Shown here in pieces: positions 1-12,400 of a stretch of 64,000 bases of DNA (positions within the stretch are counted from its first letter, which is position 1; each line of letters starts with the position of its first letter). Both the position numbers and the translations under genes were made by a program. The notes below the pieces were generated by a model. The model ran no database searches. It had not been told where the DNA came from and saw only the letters and a program-made list of their open reading frames with translations. Source of the stretch: Harriotta raleighana (lineage: Eukaryota); the NCBI GenBank assembly GCA_050575255.1, contig JBNZDD010013687.1:3767737-3831736 (forward strand), given 5' to 3'.

Positions 1-2410
1 TGAAACATTAGCGCATACAATTTTTAAAAAATGCTGTTTCCAATCACTGTAGTACTTTGGGTTATGAGAATTTTCTTTATCCCACTAACATCTACTCTTT
101 GAGTAAGTGGCACATTGAGGTATTCTGAAGCAGTTTCAGTGTATTGATGTGTACAGATTCAGCTTCTATAGACCCAGTGAAACATCAAAATACTGTATCG
201 ACCAATGCTCAATAACAACTGTCCAACTTAAATACTATTATCAGTCTTAAATATAGCACCTATCCCCCAAATCAATTCAATCCTGTATTATACAAAAGCC
301 ACAAACCAGAAAGAAATGTTGTTGTCCTCCCCCACCCCAATTGTAAATGGATTTACCAAGTTCATTGTTGTCTCCAATACTCCTATTTTTATCTGTTGGA
401 TAAAATATTATCCAGAAAATACTATTACTACAGCTATATTTTAGTTAGAAATCTGGCTACAATATATGAAATAGTGTCACAAAAGTGAAAATGTGAGAGG
501 CAAAAGACCACCTACTTACAGCACAGACACAGCAAGAACAAAGACAAGACATTGCATTTGATAGGAAGGCCAGTACAATGCTGTCCTTTAGACTGTTATC
601 GGTATTAGCAAATAGATTTAGCAATTTGTCAAGTTTATTGGTATATGTACATTCTTCTTTTGACCTTCATGAAGATTATTTGAAATATTTATGAGATCTT
701 CAATAGCATTTGAAAAAAGAACTTCAAGCCATTAATGAAATTTCTCATTATACCAAGGGAAAGTTTTTAGCTCAATAAATTTCTTTTTTCACTCATTTGT
801 TTTTCAAAGTTAGCATTCAGTGACTCATTGATTCTCAGCAGCAGGGAAGAGGAAGATTTATGGAGTATGATTGTGTCATGTCTGTTTTTATCATGTCGAT
901 AGATAGAAAATTGACCACAACTACAGAAGCCTATTTATAATTCTATTTGATCACTATGGGAACTCATCAAAAAAGAGGGCAGCACTGAAGTTTCATTAAC
1001 AGATCATCTCTGATCTCCTGCTGTGTCCTGTCTTCATTTCTTTTCACATCCTCCTCTTGTCTGGACCAGTCTGCTGTAGAGGAGGTCAGAGTGACAGTAA
1101 TGGTGCATTTAACATTCTACACCATACTCCAGATTAATATTAAACTGTTAAGGGAAAATGAGAGTTTATTGATTGTTTTAAGCCTGGCATGTTCTAGTAG
1201 CAAGCGTTATTCAGATTCACTGAGTAGCAATAGATAAGTGATTTCAATAAGCAGACAGAGAAGAATGTGTTGGTGGTTAGGAACAGAGAGAGAACAATCG
1301 CAGTAACATGTTTAATCTTTCTTACAGTACTAATCATTTCTTAATCAATCTGCAGTATTACAGCAGTAACATTTTATGGATAGTTAATAAAAAAAAAGGC
1401 TAAGTTGGCTGAATCTAGAAATTACCATATAAATCATTCTCATCTATGTACTTTTAATTGTACACATATCAGTATTTTTCTATTAGTTAAAAGGGCGTCA
1501 GAACTTTTGATAAGAACTGATACAAAGCAAAGTGCTGGCTGGGCTTTCTTTCTTTTGCACAGAATAGAAAGTGAAATCATGAATTTCAAATGTATATTTT
1601 ATCTCTAATTTTTTTTGGAAGATATATTCAAAGAAATAATGATACCACCTACAAGAGGTTCTATTGGCACATGAATCTGGAGCAAAATTTACATTTTTCC
1701 TTCCCAAATCTGTGGAACATTAAATATTCACCACTCTTTTTTCCCTACCAGTTCACCTGCATCATTGACATTGAAAAGCCTCAATGTAACCATTAGGTTG
1801 TGTGCTCAGCGATGTTCAAGTGTATAAAATTTCTTATTTGTATTTGGTTGTTATTGCATTTTGTGGGAATTTTTCTGTTTTTAAAATGTTCACACCTGTG
1901 GTAAAGTAGCTTAGCTTGCAACCTGTGAAAAAATCATTTGCCGTCTGTGGAATTCTAATTTCATTTGACAGAATCAATTATTCAATCTAATGCATTGCAA
2001 ATAATGTATTAATCTATAGCTAATTAAGAGACCTTATAAAATACCTTCTCATAAACATCTAGAAAAAGTCTACATAACCTTAACATTTAGTCTTGAAGTT
2101 TGTGAAAAGTCAGGCTTAGTTTAGAAGTTAGTTGTCCACAGTTTAAGAACTCCAGCATCTCCCAACCCTCTTCCCACTGGCACTGCAGGTTGTTGCTTCA
2201 GCACTGTGCCAGTATTTCAGCACTTCATCTGTGCAGCTAGCTATACATAACTTTACACCAAGTGTACAGTCAAGCCTTACCATGAAACCCTCAATGCATT
2301 TTGACTAATGGCAACTTGAACAAACGGTACCCATTTACAATCCAGGTGTTCAAACCATAGGTGTAAACTGTAACAACAGTGTTTGAGATACTTTCCAAGG
2401 TGACAAGATT

Positions 2411-2478
2411 AAGCATTCTGAGACTCCGTCTGGCGTGGAGGGCGCTATATAAATCAAAGTTGTTGTCGTTGTTGTTGT
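2411..2478 (+). mobile_element. Short 3'-tail fragment of an L2-type LINE/SINE
   Basis: aagcattctgagac...ggagggcgctatataaatcaaagttgttgtcgttgttg; same motif recurs at 5192-5252 and 60898-60936. Confidence 0.65.
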
Positions 2479-2606
2479 AATGTTTATTTCTGGGTGGAAA
2501 AACTATATGAACTAAATTATCATTTTCAAAAATACCTTACAAATAACATACAAAGGTGCAATCTCTCTGATTTATTTTTCCGTTTTTTTAAGTCACTGTA
2601 TATGTT

Positions 2607-2681
2607 TACAACAACAGCAGCAACAACAAAATGATATTTATAAAGTTCCAGTCACATTGGGAGGACGTCCCAAGGTGCGCT
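2607..2681 (-). mobile_element. Short L2 3'-tail fragment
   Basis: acaacaac...aaaatgatatttata...gggaggacgtcccaaggtgc resembles the reverse complement of the tail of the L2 copy ending at 30499. Confidence 0.6.
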
Positions 2682-3082
2682 GTAGAAGATGAGAAAATCC
2701 TGGAGAAAATCCTTCAGATACACTTTAATTTAAATGACATATCATCTCATAATTCATTTTCTTTCATGTAATGTGATTCAGCCTTTAACCCTTTCCATTG
2801 AAATATCCAAAGTTAGGAATGTGCATGAATTGATTTCTTTTAGTTTTGTGATAATCAATTTGCTGTTTGGGGTTGTATCATTGGAATAAATACAAACTAA
2901 TGTTCCTATGTAGAAACAATTTGTTTCATATTATAAAGAAAGGGACTTTTTGTGGTCAGTATCGGCATCAAGCATGACATTATCAGATAAAATTGTAAGC
3001 TTAAACGAGTAGGTTCAATCTGCTTTGAGACTTTGCAAGTCTCAAAAGAGCACCTCACACATTTCTTATGGCTAAGCGAGAG

Positions 3083-3382
3083 TAATAATAATCCTTTCAC
3101 TGGCTATAGTGCCTGATCACATCATCGAGATGTGTCAAAGCTTTTCATAGCATATACTGTTGTGTGACTATATTTTGTGTGAATATCCAAGCTGTTGTTT
3201 ATTTATAGACAATACTTTTTTGTAGACACACAACTATGAGTTGAGACTGTCAAATGCATCATAGTTTTGACTCTCAGTAATCAGTGAACAAAGACTTGTG
3301 TCCCATGATTCTGGCCTGGATTTGAAACCAAGCTTTTACTGTGAAAAGATGGAACTATAACCCACTGAGCTACACAATCCCT
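3083..3382 (-). mobile_element. Old, diverged tRNA-derived SINE
   Basis: aataataatcc tail at the left; ggatttgaaacc (B box) and cccactgagctac (A box), read on the minus strand, at the right. Confidence 0.55.
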
Positions 3383-5191
3383 CTAATTCCTTTATGCCTT
3401 GTTCATACTGATAGGAGCCAAGTGGAACAGAAATCCTGATTTACACTTCCTGATCCTAATGGTGTTTGCCAGGGGCTAATAGGCACGTGCAAAGAACTCC
3501 AATGTTGGGTATTTTCTATGTTTTTATAGAGCCCATCATTCAACCAGTTCTTTCATTAAAAAAATCAAAAATGGTCTCATTGGACCTCTCAAGAACTTTA
3601 AAGCAACAATTTCTGAGGAGAAGCTGAATTGATTTACATGGCAACACATTTTAGACTGCATTGGTTCAAATCAATGTGTTGTTATAAACTACCTTTTAAA
3701 CATAGTCTTGGCAGCTGGGCAAGATTCACTTTGGAATTTGCTGTTCAATCCCACTTCATAGTAGATTTTATCAGTGATTTACCACTAAAATATCACAAGA
3801 GTTTTGTTTAAGACCGTTATGCACTTCAGAGTGTTTTATTATCTAAAAATAAAACAGAAATGATAGCTTTCTTCTTTTCAGTCTTCCGTAAGTAACCATC
3901 CCTCTTCAATTTGTGAACAACAGCAACAAATTACATTTGTATAGCGCATTTCATTTCAGGAGGATGTCCCAAATCACTGGAGATTATACATTATTCCATT
4001 AGGTTCTATAAAATTCTCTTAATTTTGTAGATGAAACAAATAGCCAACAGAAAAATGTTGTTAGAAAAGTAAATAACCGTTGTTTTACCCAAAGGGAGCG
4101 AATGTTTGTGTCCGATGGTGTTTCAAGACAAAAAAACCTATCATTAGTATTGTTGAGCAAATATTTTTCAGTTTAAAGTTTGCTCTTCTTGGGATATGTT
4201 GAGAAAATCATTCTTCTGAGGGTTAAATACAGAGTACTGAGAGTTTGCCAGTTCCTTGCTCCTTTGTGAGTTGGCTTTTGGTCTTTGCTGTCACTGTATC
4301 TGAAGGTTGAAGGGAAGAGTGGTGTCAGAAAGCTGATTGGTAGCAGAGAATTTTCAGAGGCAATCTGAATCACATATTCAACTGCTTAGCCACAGTGGAT
4401 TAAAATGATCTGAGGGGGCTTTGTGAGCTCGATAAACCAGGCAAAAGGCTGCAGGGAGAAATTCTACACTTTTGCCCTTCTAAGTTAATTGTTCTAGGTT
4501 TTTTTCATACTCTCTTGGCTCGCCGTAGAGTTTTTGTAGATGTATTTCATTGTTTTTGAATAATTTATGTAAAATCTTTTTATAAATGTAAATTGGATGA
4601 AGAAAAGCTTTAGGTTAAAGACTACATGTCATGTGATCACTGTTGCATGTGATTGGTTATGTCATGTTTGACCCTAACACACTATTAAGACACTGTAGTA
4701 AAAATTGTTGCTACCGTGAATGAAAATATACACTTTCGTTAAAGAATAAACAATTTGTTAATTAACCTGCACTTTTATCTTGCAGTGGCACTGGGTCATT
4801 GTATATCAACTAGAAAGGAGAGCTCTATTTTATATTCCATGATTATCATACTCAATATGCAAGGGCTGCCTGTAGATGGATAACATCTACCGCCAGTTGT
4901 TTTCCTTTATCAAAATGTGTTAAACATCTTAATGGATTTCCTGAAGGATTTTTTGTGTAAAATTAAAGAATCCATGTATACTGCACCTCTCTGCAGCTCA
5001 CAGCAGTTTACTGACAGACGCTAGTATTGTGCTGTATTTTCAAAATGTGCTGAGCTGCCTACTGACGACTAATGGTACTGCACTAGGACTTTTACTTTGA
5101 TATAGCTGGAAATGTACAGCAGTGTCTAAAACTCCTCCAACTCCCCAGCCACATTCATACCTTTTGTGCAAATTGTAACAATATCAGGTTT

Positions 5192-5252
5192 GAAGCGCTC
5201 TGAGACACTTTCCAGTGTGGAGGGCGCAATATAAATTGAAGTTGTTGTTGTT
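5192..5252 (+). mobile_element. Short 3'-tail fragment of an L2-type element
   Basis: gaagcgctctgagacac...gtggagggcgcaatataaattgaagttgttgttg; matches 2411-2478. Confidence 0.65.
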
Positions 5253-5435
5253 TGTTAAGCAGGACTCAATCGGCTGCACTTATTTCGATTGCATTTGAAG
5301 CTGACAGACACAAAATGTGCCACTCTGATCTCAAGGTCCTTGAAGCAAAAACATTAATCGGATTCTAATGTTGGACCTTCATGTTGGTAATCCCTACCAC
5401 CCCCTCCAAGAAAATTGGAGAACTTTAGAAAACTT

Positions 5436-5482
5436 AAAGCAAAATACTACAGATGCTGGAAATCTGAACTGAAATCTGAAAT
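5436..5482. repeat. Short fragment resembling the end of a Penelope-like repeat common in cartilaginous fish
   Basis: aaagcaaaatactacagatgctggaaatctgaa matches a recalled motif; short and not searched. Confidence 0.4.
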
Positions 5483-5914
5483 TGAAATTGGAACCTCAGA
5501 AAACTGTTTTCTATTGCTTTGGACTGTAACATCATGAAAGTATTTTACAATACATTTTTCACATACTGTATTATTCTTATTTTATTTTACTTGCAGGTTA
5601 ATGCCAATACAGTACAAGATTGACATAAATGCTTTTGTGCCTGTACAAATTACTGTAATGTATTGCAATTTTCATATTGCTTCCAAAATGCTTTGCTGCT
5701 GCACAAGCACATGGAACTCATACAAATGGCTGTTGCAATAGCACCCAAGTGAAAAACATAGGTTTGCACAGAAGAAACCTGGCACATGATGTTTGAAAAT
5801 TGGGCACCGAATGTTGAATCGTTTACTAAGATCATCTGAAATACCAACAGTTTTACAATGAGGCACTGAACATTGCAAGCACAACAATACAACGTTTGGT
5901 ACCTGGTCAATACC

Positions 5915-6172
5915 TGGAGAGTTTATCTCAGCCAGGGGAGTGGTGGAGATATGCAGTTGATCTTAGTTGCTCTGAAATGAGCAGAGGATAAAGTCATCAA
6001 GAGTATCAATCCAGGGACATTCTTCTCCTTCCTCTCCCCTCTTTCCTGGATAGTGCATGTGAATAGACAGTGAATCGGGGGATCAGGCTGAGCTGTGGTG
6101 CCCTCTGTGGTCAAAAGGCCTGCCAGGACTAATTGTCCAAACTCACACATGAATAATGGCCATTTGGGTCAG
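5915..6172 (+). mobile_element. Ancient SINE fragment, AmnSINE2-like
   Basis: ggatcaggctgagctgtggtgccc...gcctgcc...ctcacacatgaataatggccatttggg resembles the recalled AmnSINE2-like core; a weaker copy lies near 34040-34135. Confidence 0.5.
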
Positions 6173-6474
6173 ACGCTGGAGCAAACATGTGAACAAACTA
6201 CAACATGTATATCTGGCTTTAGAAAGGTAGGACAAAGGGATGAGGAAATTGAGAGAAAAACAATATTCAGGTGTTTAAATGTATCTACTTTAGAAGTACA
6301 TTTATAAAATCTACAATGTTTCTAATTTGGAAACACTTTATTTGATATGTACTAACAGGCAAAAGATCAGGGTACAATGGAATGGAAAATTTCCAAACTC
6401 TTTTAGCCTTTTGTTCTGTGTACACTTGGTTATTAGGCAAATAGACTAAGCCTTACGGACTTCATTTTCATTCT

Positions 6475-6646
6475 NNNNNNNNNNNNNNNNNNNNNNNNNN
6501 NNNNNNNNNNNNNNNNNNNNNNNNNNNNNNNNNNNNNNNNNNNNNNNNNNNNNNNNNNNNNNNNNNNNNNNNNNNNNNNNNNNNNNNNNNNNNNNNNNNN
6601 NNNNNNNNNNNNNNNNNNNNNNNNNNNNNNNNNNNNNNNNNNNNNN
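6475..6646. other. Assembly gap
   Basis: Run of N. Confidence 1.
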
Positions 6647-8600
6647 GAAATACTGAAATTAATATGATTTGCATGATTTCTGTTTCTTTTTTGTTAGCGA
6701 TTAGGTTTCAATTCAGTTCAAAGGGTCATTGACACTGACAAGGACTCACAGTCTTACAGGGTTTTATAGGTAGCAGGTATTCACTATGGGTACCCATATG
6801 ACAGCGTGATCCTTCTCAAATGAATGTAAAAAAAAAACAGTTTACATTTCTATAGTTAAAAAAATAACAAATCGGGAAATGACATCTGCTTTTCTTGCAA
6901 AGAAAGCACAGATGGCTTAAAATGCAATGAATATGCAGAGATTTTATCAGTGACTGTTTGTGCTAAGCAACTGGCCTCACATCAACCCAGTAAAAATTGG
7001 ATTTTTTTTCACAGGTAAGAGTGCGCAAAATGTTTTTTTATATAAAAACTTCAAGTTATTTTCCTTCCATTTGTTATTCTTGTTTTAGTCCCAGAATTGT
7101 TCCACAAAAATTTGAATATTTAAAATTATTTTAATGTGATGAAAATTCAGTTGTGCTCTCTGCTAGTTCAACTGTAGAGCAGCAGTTTATTTTGATGTGA
7201 TAGGCAGCAAAGTTACATCTCCCCCTGCTTTACAATACTGTTTTATTATTGATTTAAAATGAATCCAACATCATTCACCATTCATAGGGCTTATATGCTT
7301 AGATGCTGCTTCAAAATTAAGTTGACCCTGAGTATACCTGCAATCTAAATGCAAACTATTATCTTAAACTCTCATAACCTTGAGTATCATTTTCAAAGTA
7401 AAATCGTCATATAATTGTATCACTACTTATACTTGAAATTATAGTAAAATTGGTTGCTATTTATGCTCAGGGTGTGCATAATTTGCTGCATATGCTGACT
7501 TTTATGTGTCCCTTTCCTTAAGTAAAACATGCCAGATTGCTTTGTATAAACTCAGTTCTGCCTTTATTGTATCCAGAGAGGTCATATTTGGAGGGAAACA
7601 CAGCTATGGAAGAAAAAACATATAAACCAGGTATTGCTAGCATGGAGTCAAAATAGCATCGGAAAATAACAAGAAAGACATGGTTTGGAATATTTGGCAG
7701 TGTATAAGGGCTGGCAGTTTAGTATTTACAATGCTTTATTTTTAGCATTTAAAATTAAACTGTTTTTAGCTTTCACATTTAAGTGTTACAAGAAAAATAT
7801 TGATGGTTCATTTTTTGCGTGTATTGTGACATGTTGCAACAGGGGATTCAAGGACTATAGGGGATTCGTACAATATTCAACCATAGTATAAGTTGTTTTG
7901 AGTATGTACTGAAACACTAAGTGTTGTTGCATGCCTGTGCAGGTTATTTTAACAGTTTTTTCGGATGAATGAAAGTATTGTAAAAATAATATTTGGGCTT
8001 TATCACAAATTTTTCTGCAAAAATCGAACATCCGCTCAGTTGCCACATTCCCAGTACTCAGCGGCACTCTGAGAAATGACATCATAGAAATCCTCAGTGT
8101 GAAGGAGGTAAGCAGGGTCTCCTTGGAGGTGAACGAGCTTCAAGGTAACGTGCCTGGGAATGGAATGTCGGAATCGAGACAGCTCTTTGCGACGCCCTCA
8201 GTAGTCCGGTTCCTGATTAGCCAGAACCACAGTATTCCAAGGCTTTGCTGAGAATCGCACTGCCAGCCTGGCGGATCGGCAGGACATGGAAGACCAGACT
8301 AGTCACTGCAATTTTAGCAGGTTAGGCCCAAACAGTGCCCCATGCCGTGGCTCTTGCCATCCTGTGCCTAACACTTTCCGGAATTAGAGAATCAGGTTGC
8401 ATTCCTCAGGGAGAGAGTGCGCATTCCATTACAGCGCTCGATCTCTGGGATCTCCTTGTATAGGTGGGAAGCATGAAAATTTCAGCTTGGTTTGGATACT
8501 GTTAAACATAGCGATGGGTTTCCGCTTCTGTCAAGACACTCGGCTGGGCAAAAACATCATAAAAAAAGGAACATCTTACTAAATTAACAACCTACAAAAG

Positions 8601-8955
8601 GAACAACAACAAAATTACATTTGCATAGTGCCTTTCATGTCGAGGGAATGTCCCAAGGCATTGGAAAGTCAATGTTTCGGACCCAAGGTGGGGTCAGAAT
8701 CAGGGAGGATGGAGGGAAAGGAGGGGATTTGAGGTGACCAATGGGACCGTCGAAATGGAGGGTCTTGAGACAGTACTTGAAGGAGGCTAGGGAGGAGGCA
8801 AGGCAAAGGGATAGAATTTCAGAGGTTAGGGACAGAGTAGTTGAAGGCTCGCCCGACGATGGCAGTGGGTTGGTGGACATGGAGCAGGCTGGAGCCCGCT
8901 GAGCTGAGTGTAGTGGGCAGGTTGGTAGGAGGTCACAGAGTTAGAATGGGGCAAG
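8601..8955 (-). mobile_element. L2-clade LINE 3' fragment
   Basis: Starts with (caa)n and attacatttgcatagtgcctttcatgtc...tcccaaggca; the purine-rich body is antisense to the L2 3' region seen at 30130-30499. Confidence 0.8.
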
Positions 8956-9247
8956 TGAAACTAGTGAAATCACATTACTAGGACAACCATTGTTGATCAA
9001 AAAGGGTCAATACATTTTTCCAATAAAGTAGAAAAAGTGAAACAAAATTGAGGCTTTTTAAACTTTTGCACAGATGCATCGAATTGTATAAATTGCTTTG
9101 GTTTATTTCCTTTGTGAGAAAAATGTCATGACTCGTTCAATGCAATCCCCTCCGCTTATATGTGTAATATAGAATAAAATGCAACAGATACTGGAAAATT
9201 CAACTGTTTCTCAGAAACAAAATACATCCTATAAAATATTTCCCCAA

Positions 9248-9451
9248 AATCCCTTCAAAAAACAATTTTTAAAAATACATATTTGGTCACTCAATCCACA
9301 CTGTTTGTGGGACACTGCTGTGCCCAATTGGCTGCAGCGTTCCATCAACGACATATACGGTCAATTCACTTTGCAGGGTATTCTATGAAGCGATTGAGAC
9401 ATCCTGAAGATTTGATAGGGCACTATATTAAACGCAAGGATAATTATTATC
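9248..9451 (+). mobile_element. 5'-truncated copy of the main SINE family
   Basis: Core gtgggacactgctgtgcccaattggctgc and tail aacgcaaggataattattat. Confidence 0.85.
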
Positions 9452-12400
9452 ATAGATGGTTGTGAGACTCTATTGATGGCACAGACTGGCTCCTCAAGAT
9501 ACAACGTTAAAAATCTTGAGTCTTCCTGTTGCAATGTTAGAAGAACTATACATTAATTGCAAATGTTGTAGTGTCTGATTTCTGATTTTTCTACATTCTC
9601 AGATTTATAAAATGGGAGTCGGGAAACATCAAGATCAGACCTGACTTGAATGTAACCAGTGGAAGGCTGCCTTTCTTGCTTTGGCTTTGGCATTTTCTGA
9701 GCCCAAATCTTAAAATCCTCTTCATCTTCCAAATCTAAAAAAAACTCGCTCAAATAACTGAACATGAAACACTTAAACTTTTGAGGGAAACATATGTTAA
9801 TTGATTTCTTAATGGAAATTGACAGTATCTTTAATTCAGCACATATCCAATGATACATTACATACAGTATGATCCATATGTACCTGTATCAAATTTATCA
9901 TGGTCTGTAAGACTGAGTAAGTGCTTCTTTAAGTTGAGATCAAATGCACCAACAATCCATTTTATTACCAGCTGCTGTTACAAATGAGACAGCAGCTTGG
10001 AATCTTTAAAGCAGAGGAGGAGCAGAAGAATGTAGCAGCTATAAATGAGCAAGAAAAGCTTGATGCCAAGTGCACTCATCAAAATCACTCACTTTTAAAA
10101 TCAGGCTGAAAACTAGAGATGAGAGAAATAGCATCATTAGACATGTCGTCGAGTTTAAATAATGATCATTAGTAATAACTATCAAGTTGGTTGCAGGAGA
10201 TTTAGGACAGAACTAAGTTTCCATTTGAAGCTATCTGTTTATAGTGTAGCATAAAAACAATACCGCTTTGCGACAAGGACAATGAATTTCAGCAATGGAC
10301 TGGTTAAAAGAGACATTTTTGGTGTTGAGATGTTAAGACATGTGATTACGGAATCACATGGCTTCAGTCAGTCTGATCCATAAAAAAATGCACAGCCAGA
10401 AAACTGTCCATCATGTGATGAAATTTGACAGTACGGATTATGGCTTTGATGGACCAGAACAGCTAATAGAAGAAGCTGACATTTTTGAAACCCCGCTAAT
10501 TAAGGGTTTCTTCCTTAATATAAAAATTAAAATAAGTCGGCGTCTGACTTTTATAGTCTGAAAATCAGGTGCTTTTATTAATATATGTCAGTCAGTCTTA
10601 ATAAGCTTGGAGGGCAAAATAAGTTATTATTGTGTGACCTACAAAATAAGCATGTTGCTAAGGGCTTTAACCTTGCCCTATTCAGATTGATGAAACTCAT
10701 TTTCAATGCTGAATTCCAGCCAGATGGCTGAGTATTTTTAAGCAATAACATAGCATAATCCTTGGCTCTTTTCTAACGTCCAGAATTAAAATTGTGTAAA
10801 CCTCTCTCGCTGGTGTTCAGAAATGAATATTGCAGTGCTCCTGTCGTTTGAAATACAAGGGAAATCACTACATGGTTTAAATTGATTGAAGAATGAAGAG
10901 TGCAGGCAGCCGCATGTGCTATGTGTGCTGCATAGCTGAATTTTGAAGGTTGCTTTGGATTATATGTGTGAAACAATACTCTGTAGTCCAAGATGCTTGT
11001 CAGTTTTTTTTATTCTGTTCTGATAGTCTTCTGTACTGTTCATGCATTAAAGTGTTCCCACTAAATTTACCAGTATTGTGATTCAAAGAGGGTAATGCTT
11101 GGTATTTTCAACATTATCTGTCAGGATTTCACAGTACATTTAGATCTAATATTCATGGAATTGGTAATGCATAGATATGTTTTACATTTTAAAAGTTATG
11201 GAGTGTTTATTGACATTTTTCAAAAGGGGTGGCTTTTTCACGGGAAACACAGTAGTATTTGTAAAAGAAATTTGCTGAAATAAAATCTCCACAATCTGCC
11301 AACGGAGATAATGTAGTTTATCCATAAAGGCCTGAGTTGTTATCTATTTCCATCAATTATACCATAAAACAGCCAATGTGAGCAGGAAAACGGGAATGTA
11401 CGAAGGATAATTCACGGTTGACTATTAACCTGATCTTTTTGAAAAAAATCTTGAAAAACTGCAGATGGAAACAAATTATCTAAGCCCTTTTTCATATATT
11501 AAACAGTCAGAATTTTATTACTAACCTATCTGTGCTTCATTTAATGTATGTGTATAACAGATCCGATCAGCTAAAATAACGTCACTTTAAATGGCAAATT
11601 ATGTAAGTAATATAATTTACTATAAATTCTCTATCTGATATAGAACATAAATTAAAAGCAGAATAAGGTTAAGAAGTGAATTATCATTTAAATTAATTAC
11701 CATACAAGAATACACAAGTACTGTAGTTGCGTATTTCCTTAGCTTCAATGAGGAATTAAAATTAGAACAATATTTTAACATGGTGAGGTAATATTATAAG
11801 TTGAGACATAGAAAATTGCAATTGAATGAATGGTTTTCTTTAGAAACTGTAGCATGTTTCTTTGCTTATTGCTTAGTGTCTTACACTATTCTGTCTTGTT
11901 CATTTCATTAATAATTGAAGTCAATCAAAAAGAGTGGAGGGATCTTGTGGTCACTCAAAACTAGTGTCTAAACTCAGATTGTTTGTCATAGGTTCACAGG
12001 ATGGTGCCAAAGTCAAGAACCTTATCTTGGTTGTATGAAAGCGAAAATAATAGTTTACTGTGCTTTCAGACAGCAGAATTGTGCTTTTGGCACCACTATT
12101 AAACTCTGGTGGATTGCAGTATCTAGGGCAAACTATAGTCTGCAAAGCTGGAAAGACTTGAAAAAGAATTGGATAATCCATAAAGGATCAAGGTGCAAGA
12201 TGTTTTCTTGATTCTGTAGTTGTCGTGTGCATACAAGTTAGGTGTGTATGGCAAGGATAACATAGCAGTTCTAAAATTGGTAACCATGATTATTTCTTAT
12301 GAATAGCCCTGCACCATTGCACCGCAAATCTCAACAATGCAAAGAATTGAAGATAGTAAATGATCTCTCAGACACCCTTTGAATAAAAGATACTCAAATG

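Noticed and set aside
5581-5602. Other YnCAG|GT sites (5596, 13320, 41966, 46378, 53325) as recursive sites
   Set aside because: Either the donor half or the pyrimidine tract is weak, and such matches are expected in AT-rich introns.
6468-6674. ORFs spanning N runs (also 34404-34747)
   Set aside because: Artefacts of assembly gaps.
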